NCBI GenBank assembly: GCA_016179875.1
Contig: JACPCH010000021.1
Span: 1 to 49,815 of the forward strand
Source of the DNA: Candidatus Rokuibacteriota bacterium
GTDB lineage: Bacteria > Methylomirabilota > Methylomirabilia > Rokubacteriales > CSP1-6
Reading direction: 5' to 3'
DNA length: 49,815 bases
Of this stretch, positions 34,289 to 43,506 are shown piece after piece. How positions within the stretch are numbered: the first letter of the stretch is position 1; each line of letters starts with the position of its first letter. The notes under the pieces are model-generated. The model was not told the DNA's origin. It searched no databases and saw only the letters and a list, made by a program, of their open reading frames with translations. Position numbers and translations under genes: made by a program.

Positions 34289-35689
34289 CTAACCGCGGAT
34301 CTGGTACTTGTTGATGAGCCGGTGGAAGGTCTTGCGGTCGATGCCGGCGGCCTTGGCGGCCGCCGAGATGTTGCCCCCGTGGCGCTCGAGGAGGTCGCGC
34401 AGGTACGCGGCCTCGAGCACCTGCATCCATTTCTCCTTGGCGTCCTTGAGCGGCAGGTCGGCGGTGGCGCCGGCCGGCAGGGCCGCCCCGGCCGCCGGCG
34501 CGGCGCCGGCGGCGCGCAGGCCCCGGCCCTGGACGAGGTAGTCGGGCAGATCCTGACGGCCGACGCGGTCGCCGTCGGCGAGCGCGCACGCCCGCTCGAC
34601 CACGTTCTGCAGCTCGCGCACGTTGCCCGGCCACGCCCAGGCCTCGAGCGTCTCGAGCGCGGCTTCCTCGAACGCGCGCACGCGCTCGCCGCCGTAGCGC
34701 TTGAGGAAGGCGTGCGCGAGCAGCCGCACGTCGCCCGCGCGGTCGCGGAGCGGCGGCAGCGGGATCTCGATCACGTTGACCCGGTAGTAGAGCTCCTCGC
34801 GGAACTGCCCCTTGGCGACCGCCGCCCGGAGGTCCCGGTTGGTCGCCGAGACCACGCGGGCGTCCACGTCGATCGTCGCGGTCCCGCCCACGCGGCGCAG
34901 CTGGCGCTCCTGGAGCGCGCGCAGGAGCTTCACCTGGAGGACCACGGGCATCTCCGCGATCTCGTCCAGGAAGAGCGTGCCGCGGTCGGCGACCTCCATG
35001 AGCCCGCGCTTACCCTTCACCGCCCCGGTGAACGCGCCCTTTTCGTGGCCGAACAGCTCCGACTCGAGGAGCTGCTCGGGGAGCGACGCGCAGTCCACCG
35101 GCACGAACGGCTGGGCCGCCCGCGGGCTGTTGGCGTGGATCGCCCGCGCGATCAGCTCCTTGCCGGTGCCCGATTCGCCGAGCACCAGGATGTTGGCCTC
35201 GGAGCGGGCCGCCTTGCGGACGAGCTCGAACACCCTCGCCATCGCCGGGCTTCGTCCGAGGATGTTCTCGAAGCCGAGCGTGCCCTGCAGCTGGTCGCGC
35301 AGGTTGCGGTTCTCGATCTGGAGCTCGCGCTGCCGGAGCCCGCGCTCGACCGCCACCCGGAGCTGCTCCACCGAGAAGTTCTTCGGCAGGTAGTCGAAGG
35401 CCCCGTCCTTGATGGCCGCCACCGCGGACTCGATCGTCGCGAACGCGGTGATGAGGACGACCGGGAGCGCCGGGTCCACCTCCCGGGCCCGGCGCAGCAG
35501 CTCCATGCCATCCATCCCCGGCATCTTGACGTCGGTCAGCAGGAGATCCGGACGCTCGGTCTCGACGAGCGCCAGCGCCCGGCGCGGGTCGGTGGCGGTC
35601 AGACACTGGAGGCCCGCGCGCTTCAGGATGCGGGCGCAGTTCTCGACCATGTCCGGCTCGTCGTCCACCACCAGCACGCGCTGCGCCAT
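34289..35689 (-). CDS. sigma54-dependent response regulator (NtrC-family bacterial enhancer-binding protein)
   Basis: Same frame as ORF 34289..36616, trimmed to ATG 35689. Receiver (VLVVDDE...TDVKMPGMDG), AAA+ (GESGTGKE, GAFTGA, LFLDEI), and C-terminal Fis-type HTH. Confidence 0.95.
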   Translation of the reverse strand: MAQRVLVVDDEPDMVENCARILKRAGLQCLTATDPRRALALVETERPDLLLTDVKMPGMDGMELLRRAREVDPALPVVLITAFATIESAVAAIKDGAFDYLPKNFSVEQLRVAVERGLRQRELQIENRNLRDQLQGTLGFENILGRSPAMARVFELVRKAARSEANILVLGESGTGKELIARAIHANSPRAAQPFVPVDCASLPEQLLESELFGHEKGAFTGAVKGKRGLMEVADRGTLFLDEIAEMPVVLQVKLLRALQERQLRRVGGTATIDVDARVVSATNRDLRAAVAKGQFREELYYRVNVIEIPLPPLRDRAGDVRLLAHAFLKRYGGERVRAFEEAALETLEAWAWPGNVRELQNVVERACALADGDRVGRQDLPDYLVQGRGLRAAGAAPAAGAALPAGATADLPLKDAKEKWMQVLEAAYLRDLLERHGGNISAAAKAAGIDRKTFHRLINKYQIRG

Positions 35690-37335
35690 CAGGCCAGCTC
35701 CCCGTCCCCCGCGCCGCGGAACGTCAGCACGAACGTCGTGCCCTCGCCGGGCCGCGACTGCACGTCCACGGTGCCCCGGTGCTCGCGCACGATCCCGTAG
35801 GAAATGCTGAGGCCGAGGCCGGTGCCCTCGGCCTTGGTCGTGAAGAACGGGTCGAAGATCCGCGGCAGGTCCTCGGGCGGGATGCCCGGGCCCGTGTCGC
35901 GCACGACCAGGCGCACGCCGCCGGGCGGCTCGGCCGCGGGCGCGGTCTCGATCGCGATCTCGCCGCCTTTTCGCACGGCGTCGCGCGCGTTGGTCAGCAG
36001 GTTCATCACCACCTGCTGGAGCGCGTTGGCGTCGCCCCAGACCGGGGGCAGCGTCGGCGCCAGGGCGCGCCGGAGCGCGATGCCGTCGCGGACGATCTGC
36101 TTCTCGATCAGGAGCAGGGTCTCGTCCACCAGGCGGTTGAGGTCCACGCGCCCGTGGGCGCCCGAGGAGTGGCGGGAGAACGACAGGAGGCCCTGCGCGA
36201 TGCGCGCGACGCGCTGGGCGTGGCGGTGGATCACGTGCAGGTCCTCGCGCACGTCCGCGGGCAGCGGGCGCGTCTCGGCGTCGAGCTGCATCAGCTCGGC
36301 GCGCGTCGAGATGACGCCGATCGGGTTGTTGAGCTCGTGGGCGAGGCCCGCCGCCAGCGTGCCGAGCGCCGCGAGCTTCTCGGCCTGGCGGGCGGCGCGC
36401 TCGATGCCGACGCGCTCGGTGATGTCCTCGACCAGGAGGACCGCGCCCGCGGGCCGCGCGCCCTCCCGGAGCAGGCGTCCCTTGATGTTCTGGACGACCA
36501 TGCCCGTGCGCAGGCTCTGGTGGTCGACGCCCTCCTCCGCGAACTCCTCGATCTCGCCGCGCAGCAGCCGCCCGAGGCTCTGCGACCACGGCTCCCTGGC
36601 GGCCGCGGGGAAGCACTCGAAGTAGCGGCGTCCGGTGACCTCGGCGGCCGGCACGTCGTAGCGCGTCTCCATGGCGCGGTTCCAGGCCACGATCCGCCCG
36701 TCGGCGTCGAGCGCGAACACGCCCTCGCTCAGGTTGTCCACGACGCTCTGGATGAACCGCTCACGGTCCAGGATCTCGGCGGAGAGCGTCGCCCCGCGCA
36801 GGCGCTCGCGCTGCTCGATCTCGGCGAGGACGCCCACGCTGACGGCCGTGCCGAGCAGGACGATGAGCCGCATGGCGACGTTGGGGATCTCCAGGCCCAC
36901 GATGGTCGGCCAGACGACGGCCAGGTAGGCCGCCGCCGACACGCAGGCGACCGCCACCCCGCGCCGGATGCCGTAGTAGTACGACTGCAGCGCGGCGATC
37001 AGCGGCAGCGCCAGGTAGAGGCCGCTGCGCGCCCCGCCCGTCAGGGCGATCAGGACCAGCGCGAAGAGCTGGTCGAGGAGGAGGACGTAGAAGTTCAGCC
37101 GGAGCGTCGCCGCCGGCCGCGTCCAGAGCGCCGCCTCCACCGCCGTGCTGTAGACGAGGAAGCCCAGCGTGGCCAGCAGCAGGGCCTGCGACTCCTGGAA
37201 GGGCGCCGGCGCGAGGAGGAGCCAGGCCAGCGCGGCCAGGACCGCCAGCGTGCGCAGCAGCGGCAGCGCCAGCACCCGGGCGCCCCCGACGTGGAGCGCC
37301 AGCCGGTCGAACATGCGGGTCAGCGTCTCGGTCAT
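35689..37335 (-). CDS. membrane sensor histidine kinase (TM region, PAS, HisKA, HATPase)
   Basis: 548 aa. N-terminal hydrophobic helices, PAS, H-box LAHELNNPIG, N/G boxes (NLLTNARDA, DTGPGI, GTGLGLS). The stop overlaps the bEBP start by 1 nt. Confidence 0.9.
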   Translation of the reverse strand: MTETLTRMFDRLALHVGGARVLALPLLRTLAVLAALAWLLLAPAPFQESQALLLATLGFLVYSTAVEAALWTRPAATLRLNFYVLLLDQLFALVLIALTGGARSGLYLALPLIAALQSYYYGIRRGVAVACVSAAAYLAVVWPTIVGLEIPNVAMRLIVLLGTAVSVGVLAEIEQRERLRGATLSAEILDRERFIQSVVDNLSEGVFALDADGRIVAWNRAMETRYDVPAAEVTGRRYFECFPAAAREPWSQSLGRLLRGEIEEFAEEGVDHQSLRTGMVVQNIKGRLLREGARPAGAVLLVEDITERVGIERAARQAEKLAALGTLAAGLAHELNNPIGVISTRAELMQLDAETRPLPADVREDLHVIHRHAQRVARIAQGLLSFSRHSSGAHGRVDLNRLVDETLLLIEKQIVRDGIALRRALAPTLPPVWGDANALQQVVMNLLTNARDAVRKGGEIAIETAPAAEPPGGVRLVVRDTGPGIPPEDLPRIFDPFFTTKAEGTGLGLSISYGIVREHRGTVDVQSRPGEGTTFVLTFRGAGDGELA

Positions 37336-37343
37336 GCCCCATC

Positions 37344-37349
37344 ATTATA
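37344..37349 (-). promoter_or_regulatory. consensus TATAAT hexamer 8 nt upstream of the histidine kinase ATG
   Basis: The minus strand reads CTTCTATAATGATGGGGCATG. There is no convincing -35 and no SD, so a leaderless transcript is possible. Confidence 0.3.
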
Positions 37350-37396
37350 GAAGGTGGGGCCAGCGGGCCGGGCACGGTGTGCGCGCGGGCCCCCCG

Positions 37397-39763
37397 TCAG
37401 AGGCGGCCCAGGGCCCTCAACACCACCCCGGGGGTGATCGGCTGCGCGCTCACGCGGGCGCCGAGCGGCGCCAGGGCGTCGTTCACGGCGTTCAGCACGG
37501 CGCCGGGCGCGCCGGCCGTCCCGGCCTCGCCGGCGCCCTTGAAGCCGCCCTCGGCGTAGGCCGTCGGCGTCTCGACGTGGCCGACGACGATGTCGGGCAT
37601 CTCGGCGGCCATCGGCACCAGGTAGTCCATCAGGGACGCCGTCAGGAGCTGGCCCGCGCCATCGTAGACGCAGTGCTCGAGGAGCGCGGCGCCGAGCCCC
37701 TGGACGATCGCGCCCCGGATCTGCTCGTCCACGAGCCGCGGGTTGATGATCCGGCCGCAGTCCTCGACGGCCCAGTGGCCGAGCAGGCGCACCCCGCCGG
37801 TCTCGACGTCCACCTCGACGTGCGAGAGCTGGACGCCGTTGGTGAAGGCGAAGCCCTGATGGCGCGGCACGTAGTGGCGCGTGACCGTCAGCTCGGACTG
37901 GAAGTCCTTCGGCAGCGTGTCGGGGCGGAAGTAGGCCACGCGGCCCAGCTCGGCCAGATCCAGCTTCACCTCGCCCGTCAGCGCATCCACCACGCGGCCG
38001 AGCCGCACGTCGAGGTCCTCGGGCTCGCCGCCGAGGACCGCCGCCGCGACGCGCAGGACGTTCTGCTTGAGCGCCTTGCCCGACTGCAGCGCCGCCTCGC
38101 CGCCGATGCCGGCGCCGCGCGAGGCCCAGGTGCCGCCGCCGTAGGGCGACACGAGCGTGTCCCCGGTGAGGACGCGCACGTCCTCGAGGCGCACGCCCAC
38201 CGCGGTCGCGACGACCTGGGCGAGCATCGCGTCGGTCCCCTGCCCCTGCTCGGTGACGCCGGTGAGACACGTGACGGTGCCCGAGGGCTCGAGCCTCAGC
38301 GTGACGCCGTCCTGGGACGAGATCCGCGCCCCGCCGACGCCGTAGAACGCCGGGCCCGGCGTGGTCAGCTCGATGAACGCGCAGAGCCCGAGGCCCCGGT
38401 ACACGCCGCGCCGCCGGAGAGCGTCGCGCTCGGCGCCGAGCTTGCGGTACTCCGACATCTCGAGGAGCTTGTCGAGGCACTCCTCGTGCGAGAGGCGCTC
38501 GAAGAAATAGCCGGTCGGCGCCGTGTACGGGTACATGTCCCCGGTGATGAAGTTCCGCCGGCGCACCTCGACCGGGTCCAGCTCGAGCGCGCGCGCGACG
38601 TGGTCCACCATGCCCTCCATCACCGCGAAGGCGATCGGGTGGCCCACCGCCCGGTACTGGCACATCGGCGTCTTGTTCTGCAAGACCACGCGCAGGCGCG
38701 CGGCGTAGTCGCGGAATCGGTAGCAGCCCGGCGTGAGGCGCACGGTCTGGTTGCCCTCGACGGCGCTGGTGCGCGGGTAGACCGAGTACGGGCCGATGCC
38801 GGTGAGGTCGTCCAGCTTCATGCCGAGGATCGTGCCGTCGCGCCGGACGGCGACCTCGGCGCGCACGCGGTGGTCGCGGGCGTGGATGTCGGACAGGAAC
38901 GACTCGTGACGGTCGGCGAGGAACTTCACCGGCCGCCCGAGCAGCACCGCCAGCGCGCAGGTCGCCATCTCGTCGGGGTAGACGTGGACCTTGATGCCGA
39001 ACGAGCCCCCGACGTCCTTGCAGATCACGCGGACGTTCTGCTCCTCGAGGCCGAGGTGGCGGGCCAGGATGTCCTGCATCATGTTCGGCGCCTGGAAGGA
39101 GTGGTGGACGGTCAGGCGCCGCTCCGACGGGTCGAAGTCGGCCAGGATGACGCGCGGCTCGAGCGTCACCCCGGTGTGGCGGCCCATCGTGAAGGTCTCG
39201 GCGACGACGGCGTCGGCGTTCTTGAACGCCTCCTCCACGTTGCCCGCGTTCAGCTCGAGCGCGAAGGCGAGGTTGTCGCCGAGCTCGGGATGGATGACGG
39301 GCGTGCCCGGATCGAGCGCCGTCTCGGGATCCGTCACGGCCGGCAGCGGCTCCCAGGCGACCGCCACGCGCGCCGCCCCATCCTCGGCGATGGCGCGGCT
39401 CTCCGCGACGACGGCGGCGACGGGCTCGCCCTGCCAGGTGGCGCGGTCGAGCGCCAGCGCGTGCTGCGTCGCGGACTTCATGCCCGCGAAGTGGGCGAGC
39501 GTGCCCACCCAGCCCGAGCACACGCGGGCGAGCTCCGGGCCGGTGACGACGGCGACGACCCCCGCCAGCGCCCGGGCCGCGTCCGTCTCGATGCGCGCGA
39601 TGCGGGCGTGGGCGTGGGGGCTCCGCACGAACGCCACGTGCGTCATGCGCGGGAGCTTCACGTCGTCGGTGTAGACGCCGCGGCCGGCCAGGAGGCGCGC
39701 CGTCTGGGGGCGCACGACGCTCAGGCCGATGTAGCTGACACCCGCCTCGATCCGCTCGCTCAC
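37397..39763 (-). CDS. xanthine dehydrogenase / aerobic CO dehydrogenase family molybdopterin-binding large subunit
   Basis: Same frame as ORF 37397..40099, trimmed to GTG 39763 (GGAGG upstream, GTGA overlap). 788 aa with GGSFG and GQGTDAM, typical of the Mo-hydroxylase family. Confidence 0.9.
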   Translation of the reverse strand: MSERIEAGVSYIGLSVVRPQTARLLAGRGVYTDDVKLPRMTHVAFVRSPHAHARIARIETDAARALAGVVAVVTGPELARVCSGWVGTLAHFAGMKSATQHALALDRATWQGEPVAAVVAESRAIAEDGAARVAVAWEPLPAVTDPETALDPGTPVIHPELGDNLAFALELNAGNVEEAFKNADAVVAETFTMGRHTGVTLEPRVILADFDPSERRLTVHHSFQAPNMMQDILARHLGLEEQNVRVICKDVGGSFGIKVHVYPDEMATCALAVLLGRPVKFLADRHESFLSDIHARDHRVRAEVAVRRDGTILGMKLDDLTGIGPYSVYPRTSAVEGNQTVRLTPGCYRFRDYAARLRVVLQNKTPMCQYRAVGHPIAFAVMEGMVDHVARALELDPVEVRRRNFITGDMYPYTAPTGYFFERLSHEECLDKLLEMSEYRKLGAERDALRRRGVYRGLGLCAFIELTTPGPAFYGVGGARISSQDGVTLRLEPSGTVTCLTGVTEQGQGTDAMLAQVVATAVGVRLEDVRVLTGDTLVSPYGGGTWASRGAGIGGEAALQSGKALKQNVLRVAAAVLGGEPEDLDVRLGRVVDALTGEVKLDLAELGRVAYFRPDTLPKDFQSELTVTRHYVPRHQGFAFTNGVQLSHVEVDVETGGVRLLGHWAVEDCGRIINPRLVDEQIRGAIVQGLGAALLEHCVYDGAGQLLTASLMDYLVPMAAEMPDIVVGHVETPTAYAEGGFKGAGEAGTAGAPGAVLNAVNDALAPLGARVSAQPITPGVVLRALGRL

Positions 39764-40236
39764 GTCCGCCTCCGTCCCCTGCCGGCCTTCTTCACGGCCT
39801 GGACGATGGCGTGGTAGCCCGTGCAGCGGCAGTACTGGCTGGCGAGGCCCTCGCGAATCTCGCGCTCGCTCGCCCCCGGGCTCGCGGCCAGCAGCTCCTG
39901 GGCGACGAGCAGCATCCCGGGCGTGCAGAACCCGCACTGGAGCGCGTTCTCCTCGGCGAACGCCTGCTGGAGGTCGGCCAGCTCGCCGCGCCCGGCGACG
40001 CCCTCGATCGTCTCGACGCCGGCCCCGTCGGCCTGCACCGCCAGCATCAGGCAGCCGCGCACCAGCACGCCGTCCACCCGCACGGTGCACGCCCCGCACA
40101 CGCCGTGCTCGCAGCCCACGTGGGTGCCGGTCAGCTCGAGGTCGTAGCGCAGGAAGTCGGCGAGGCTCGTCCGCGGCTCGACCGCCCGGGTGACGGGGAC
40201 GCCGTTGACGGTCAGCGCGATTCGAAGAACCGGCAT
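39760..40236 (-). CDS. (2Fe-2S)-binding small subunit of an XDH-family enzyme (CoxS-like)
   Basis: Same frame as ORF 39760..40359, trimmed to ATG 40236. Motifs CEHGVCGACTV and CGFCTPG...CRCTGY. Confidence 0.9.
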   Translation of the reverse strand: MPVLRIALTVNGVPVTRAVEPRTSLADFLRYDLELTGTHVGCEHGVCGACTVRVDGVLVRGCLMLAVQADGAGVETIEGVAGRGELADLQQAFAEENALQCGFCTPGMLLVAQELLAASPGASEREIREGLASQYCRCTGYHAIVQAVKKAGRGRRRT

Positions 40237-40265
40237 GGCGGACTGTATCTTAGCCCGGAACGACG

Positions 40266-40300
40266 CCGGGGGTGACGGGGCGATTCCCCGTCCCCCCCGG
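40266..40300 (-). terminator. long GC hairpin just downstream of tRNA-Gly
   Basis: CCGGGGG-x-GACGGGG-loop(5)-CCCCGTC-x-CCCCCGG gives 14 bp with one internal mismatch and no T tract. Confidence 0.35.
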
Positions 40301-40306
40301 AAGAGT

Positions 40307-40381
40307 TGGAGCGGGCGACCGGATTCGAACCGGCGACGTCCAGCTTGGGAAGCTGGCATTCTGCCACTGAATTACGCCCGC
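40307..40381 (-). tRNA. tRNA-Gly (anticodon CCC)
   Basis: The minus strand reads GCGGGCGTAATTCAGTGGCAGAATGCCAGCTTCCCAAGCTGGACGTCGCCGGTTCGAATCCGGTCGCCCGCTCCA. It has a 7-bp acceptor stem, anticodon loop TTCCCAA, T-arm GGTTCGAATCC and an encoded CCA. Confidence 0.9.
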
Positions 40382-40408
40382 CCGGCGCCTCCTATTCTAC
40401 TCCCGCGC

Positions 40409-41962
40409 CTACTTGCCGTCCTTGAGCGACATGTCGTACGCCTTCAGCCGCTCGTCCGCCCGCGCCTTCCAGCCCAGGCGCTTGCTCACGCCGTAGAGGT
40501 CGAGCTGCTGGTAGAGCGGCACCGCCGGCATCTCCTCGACCCAGAGCTTGTTGATCCGGTGGTACTGCTCGAGGCGCTTCTTCTCGTCCATGATGGCCTG
40601 CGCCTCTTCGAACATCCGGTTGAAGTCCTCGTGGTGCCAGTTCACGAAGATCCCCGGCGACTTGAAGAGCGGGCCGTAGACGGTCTCGGCGTCGATGGTC
40701 GGCGTGCCCCAGCCGATCAGCCACACCGGGCCCGCCTTGTGCACGTACACCATGTTGTTCAGGTAGGTCACGAAGTCGTAGGTCCGGAGCGTGGTCTTGA
40801 TGCCGGCCTTGGTGAGCTGGCCGGCCACCGCCTCGGCCACCTCGGCGTCGCGCACGTAGCGGCCGCGCGGGCCGTGCAGCGTGATCTCCACGCCGCCGGC
40901 GAACCCGGCCTCGGCCAGGAGCTTCTTGGCCCGGGCGAGATCCTGCTTGATCGGCTGAAGCTTCGGATCGAAGCCGAAGTGCATGGTCGTCAGCATCGTG
41001 GCCACCCGCACGCCCTTGCCGTCGAGCACCGACTTGATGATCTCGTCGGCGTCGAGGGTGTAGGCGATCGCCTGGCGGACGCGCTTGTCGGCGGTGGGCC
41101 CGTTGTACGGCCCCGTCGGCTTGTGCTGGGCGTCCATCTGGTGCGTGTAGAACATGAGCTGGATGGTGCGGATCGACGGCGCCGTGGACAGGAAGAGCTT
41201 CGGGTGCTTGTCGATGATCACGGCGAGGTGCGGCGGGATGTTCACGGCGACGTCGATCTCGCCGTTCTGGAGCGCCGCCACCCGCACGGCATCGTCGGGG
41301 ATCGGCTTGAACACCACCGTCTTGATCCGGGGCGCGCCCCGCCAGTACTTGTCGTTGGCCTCGAGGACGATCTCCTCGTCCTTGGCCCAGCGCACGAACT
41401 TGTAGGGTCCGGTGCCGATCGGGTTCCGCGAGATGAACGTCGTGTCCTTGTCCTTGTACGCGTTGGGCGGGTACATCGAGGCCTGGTTGAACGTCATCAC
41501 CACCGTGAAGGTCGGCCACGGCTTCCTGGTGTGAACCCGGACCGTGTAGGGGTCCACGATCTCCACGCGGTCGATCGGCGCGAAGAAGGTGGCGCCGCGG
41601 AGCTTCCCCTGCCCGCCGGCCAGCCGCTCCAGGCTGAACTTCACCGACGCGGCGTTGAAGTCTTCGCCGTTGTGGAACTTGACGCCCTTGCGAAGCTTGA
41701 CCTCCCAGGTCGTCGGCGCCACCAGCCTCGGCAGCTCGGCGGCGAGGCCCATGACGAGCTTGAGGTTCGCGTCGCGCTCGACGAGCGTGTCCCAGATGTT
41801 GATCGCGAGGTTGGACGCGGGAGTCTCCGACTGGTTCATCGTGTCGAGCGTCGTCGGATCGACGCCCTGCGCGATCACGACCTTGCCCGCCGGGGCGGCG
41901 TCGGCCGCCAGCGGCAGGAGGCCTGCAACGGCCAGTATGACTATCGTTCGCCAGACAATCAT
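40409..41962 (-). CDS. ABC transporter substrate-binding protein, family 5 (peptide/nickel/opine type)
   Basis: Same frame as ORF 40409..42037, trimmed to ATG 41962 (GAGGAGG upstream). Signal peptide MIVWRTIVILAVAGLLPLAADA. WEVKLRKGVKFHNGEDF motif. Confidence 0.9.
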   Translation of the reverse strand: MIVWRTIVILAVAGLLPLAADAAPAGKVVIAQGVDPTTLDTMNQSETPASNLAINIWDTLVERDANLKLVMGLAAELPRLVAPTTWEVKLRKGVKFHNGEDFNAASVKFSLERLAGGQGKLRGATFFAPIDRVEIVDPYTVRVHTRKPWPTFTVVMTFNQASMYPPNAYKDKDTTFISRNPIGTGPYKFVRWAKDEEIVLEANDKYWRGAPRIKTVVFKPIPDDAVRVAALQNGEIDVAVNIPPHLAVIIDKHPKLFLSTAPSIRTIQLMFYTHQMDAQHKPTGPYNGPTADKRVRQAIAYTLDADEIIKSVLDGKGVRVATMLTTMHFGFDPKLQPIKQDLARAKKLLAEAGFAGGVEITLHGPRGRYVRDAEVAEAVAGQLTKAGIKTTLRTYDFVTYLNNMVYVHKAGPVWLIGWGTPTIDAETVYGPLFKSPGIFVNWHHEDFNRMFEEAQAIMDEKKRLEQYHRINKLWVEEMPAVPLYQQLDLYGVSKRLGWKARADERLKAYDMSLKDGK

Positions 41963-42011
41963 CGGAGCGCCTCCTCGCGCGAGGGTTGAGGTCTGCTGAA
42001 TTCCCCACACT

Positions 42012-43451
42012 CTAGGGGCCGGCCTCGGGAGAGTCAAGGTAGGCCAGCGCCTCCTCCCGCGTCCGGACGAGCCCGAGCGCCTGGGCCTCCCGCGCCCGCT
42101 CGAGGAGCCGGCCGACCGCGGGGCCCGGCGCCAGGCCGAACCGGGCCATGACGTCCTCCCCGGTGAGGACGGGGACCGCCGGCCCCGCGGCCTGCCGCTC
42201 CTGCCAGCCGGCCAGGAGGTCGCGGAGCAGTCCGGCCCGGCGCCAGGCGCTGACCGGCGAGGCGCCGGTCAGCGCCGCGGCGTCCACCAGGGCGAGCAGG
42301 CAGAGATCGCGGGTCTGCGCGCCGAGGTCGCGGTAGAAGCGATAGCGCGCGCGGCGCGTCACCGCAGCCGCCGCCGCCAGGTGCATCAGGCGCAGGTGCT
42401 GGCGCACCAGGCACTCGACCACGGCGGTGACGCGCGCGGGGAGCCGGAGCCGCTCGCCGATCGTCCGGGCGCGCCGGGCGCCGAGCGTGTCGTGCTCGAG
42501 GAAGCGGATGCGGCCCGCCACCATCCGGCGGGTCTCGGGCTTGGCCACGTCGTGCAGGAGCGCGGCGAGCTTGAGGGCGGCCGCGCGGGTGATCCCGCCC
42601 CCCAGCTCCTCGGCCATGTGCGCCGCCAGCTCCTCGCCGAACGGTCTCAGCGCGTCGAGCCGTTCGAGAAGCTGATCCGCCCCCGCGACGCAGCGCAGCG
42701 AGTGCTCGAGGACGTCGAAGCGGTGGGGCGCCGGCTGCGTCGCGCCGCGCATGGCCAGGAGCTCGGGCAGGACGACCGTCAGCATCCCGAGCGAGAGCGC
42801 GCGCCGGAGCGCCGTCGCGCCGCGCCGGAGCGCCAGCATCGCCAGCAGCTCGTCGCGCACGCGCTCCGCCGACACCCGCGCCAGCCCGGGCGCGGCGGCG
42901 CGGATGGCCCGCGCGGCCGCCGGTGTCAGCCTGAGCCCGAGGGTGGCCTCGAGCCGCACGCCACGCAGCGCGCGCAGCGGGTCGTCGTCGAGCACCCGCG
43001 GGGACGGCAGGCGCAGTCGCCGCCGCCGCAGATCCGCGAGCCCGCCCGTCGGGTCCACGATCGCGGCGCGGCCGGCCCGCAACAGGGCTCGGAGCGGAAC
43101 GGCGAGGGCGTTGACGGTGAAGTCGCGCGCGGCGAGATCGCCGGCGAGCGTCGGCGCCCTGAAGTCGGCCAGGTCGAGCCGCAGGCCGCCCGCGACCACG
43201 CGGGCCGTGCCGCGGTCGGGGTCGAGCGGGACGAAGGCGCCACCGGCGCGCGCGGCGACGCGGCGCGCGAGGTCGAGCGCGCCGGAGGGGACGGCGACGT
43301 CGAGGTCGGGCGACGTCGCGCGCCGGAGGCAGGCGTCACGCACCGCTCCGCCGACGAGCCAGACCTCGCCGCGCCGGCCGGCCTCCCGGGCGAGGACGCG
43401 CAGGAGCGCGACGCCGGCCGGGCTCAGGCGGTCAAGACGCAGGAAGGCCAT
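42012..43451 (-). CDS. cca: CCA-adding enzyme / poly(A) polymerase-family tRNA nucleotidyltransferase with HD domain
   Basis: 479 aa, LVGGAVRDACL...DLDVAV head-domain motifs and C-terminal HD (LLHDVAKP). Confidence 0.85.
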   Translation of the reverse strand: MAFLRLDRLSPAGVALLRVLAREAGRRGEVWLVGGAVRDACLRRATSPDLDVAVPSGALDLARRVAARAGGAFVPLDPDRGTARVVAGGLRLDLADFRAPTLAGDLAARDFTVNALAVPLRALLRAGRAAIVDPTGGLADLRRRRLRLPSPRVLDDDPLRALRGVRLEATLGLRLTPAAARAIRAAAPGLARVSAERVRDELLAMLALRRGATALRRALSLGMLTVVLPELLAMRGATQPAPHRFDVLEHSLRCVAGADQLLERLDALRPFGEELAAHMAEELGGGITRAAALKLAALLHDVAKPETRRMVAGRIRFLEHDTLGARRARTIGERLRLPARVTAVVECLVRQHLRLMHLAAAAAVTRRARYRFYRDLGAQTRDLCLLALVDAAALTGASPVSAWRRAGLLRDLLAGWQERQAAGPAVPVLTGEDVMARFGLAPGPAVGRLLERAREAQALGLVRTREEALAYLDSPEAGP

Positions 43452-43506
43452 GCCAGGTTCGTGCCGGCGGACCCCTGCGGCCCCGCCTCACCCGCCCGGC
43501 GCCGCG

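Noticed and set aside
40237-40408. tRNA-Gly as a genomic-island integration site
   Set aside because: No integrase or recombinase gene is adjacent, I noticed no duplicated tRNA 3' segment, and there is no GC shift on either flank.
43452-43475. GG-N10-GC match (CGGCACGAACCTGGCA) just upstream of the cca start
   Set aside because: It abuts the ATG with no room for a 5' UTR. The -24 is CGGCAC and the -12 is TGGCA rather than TTGC. This is most likely a chance match.
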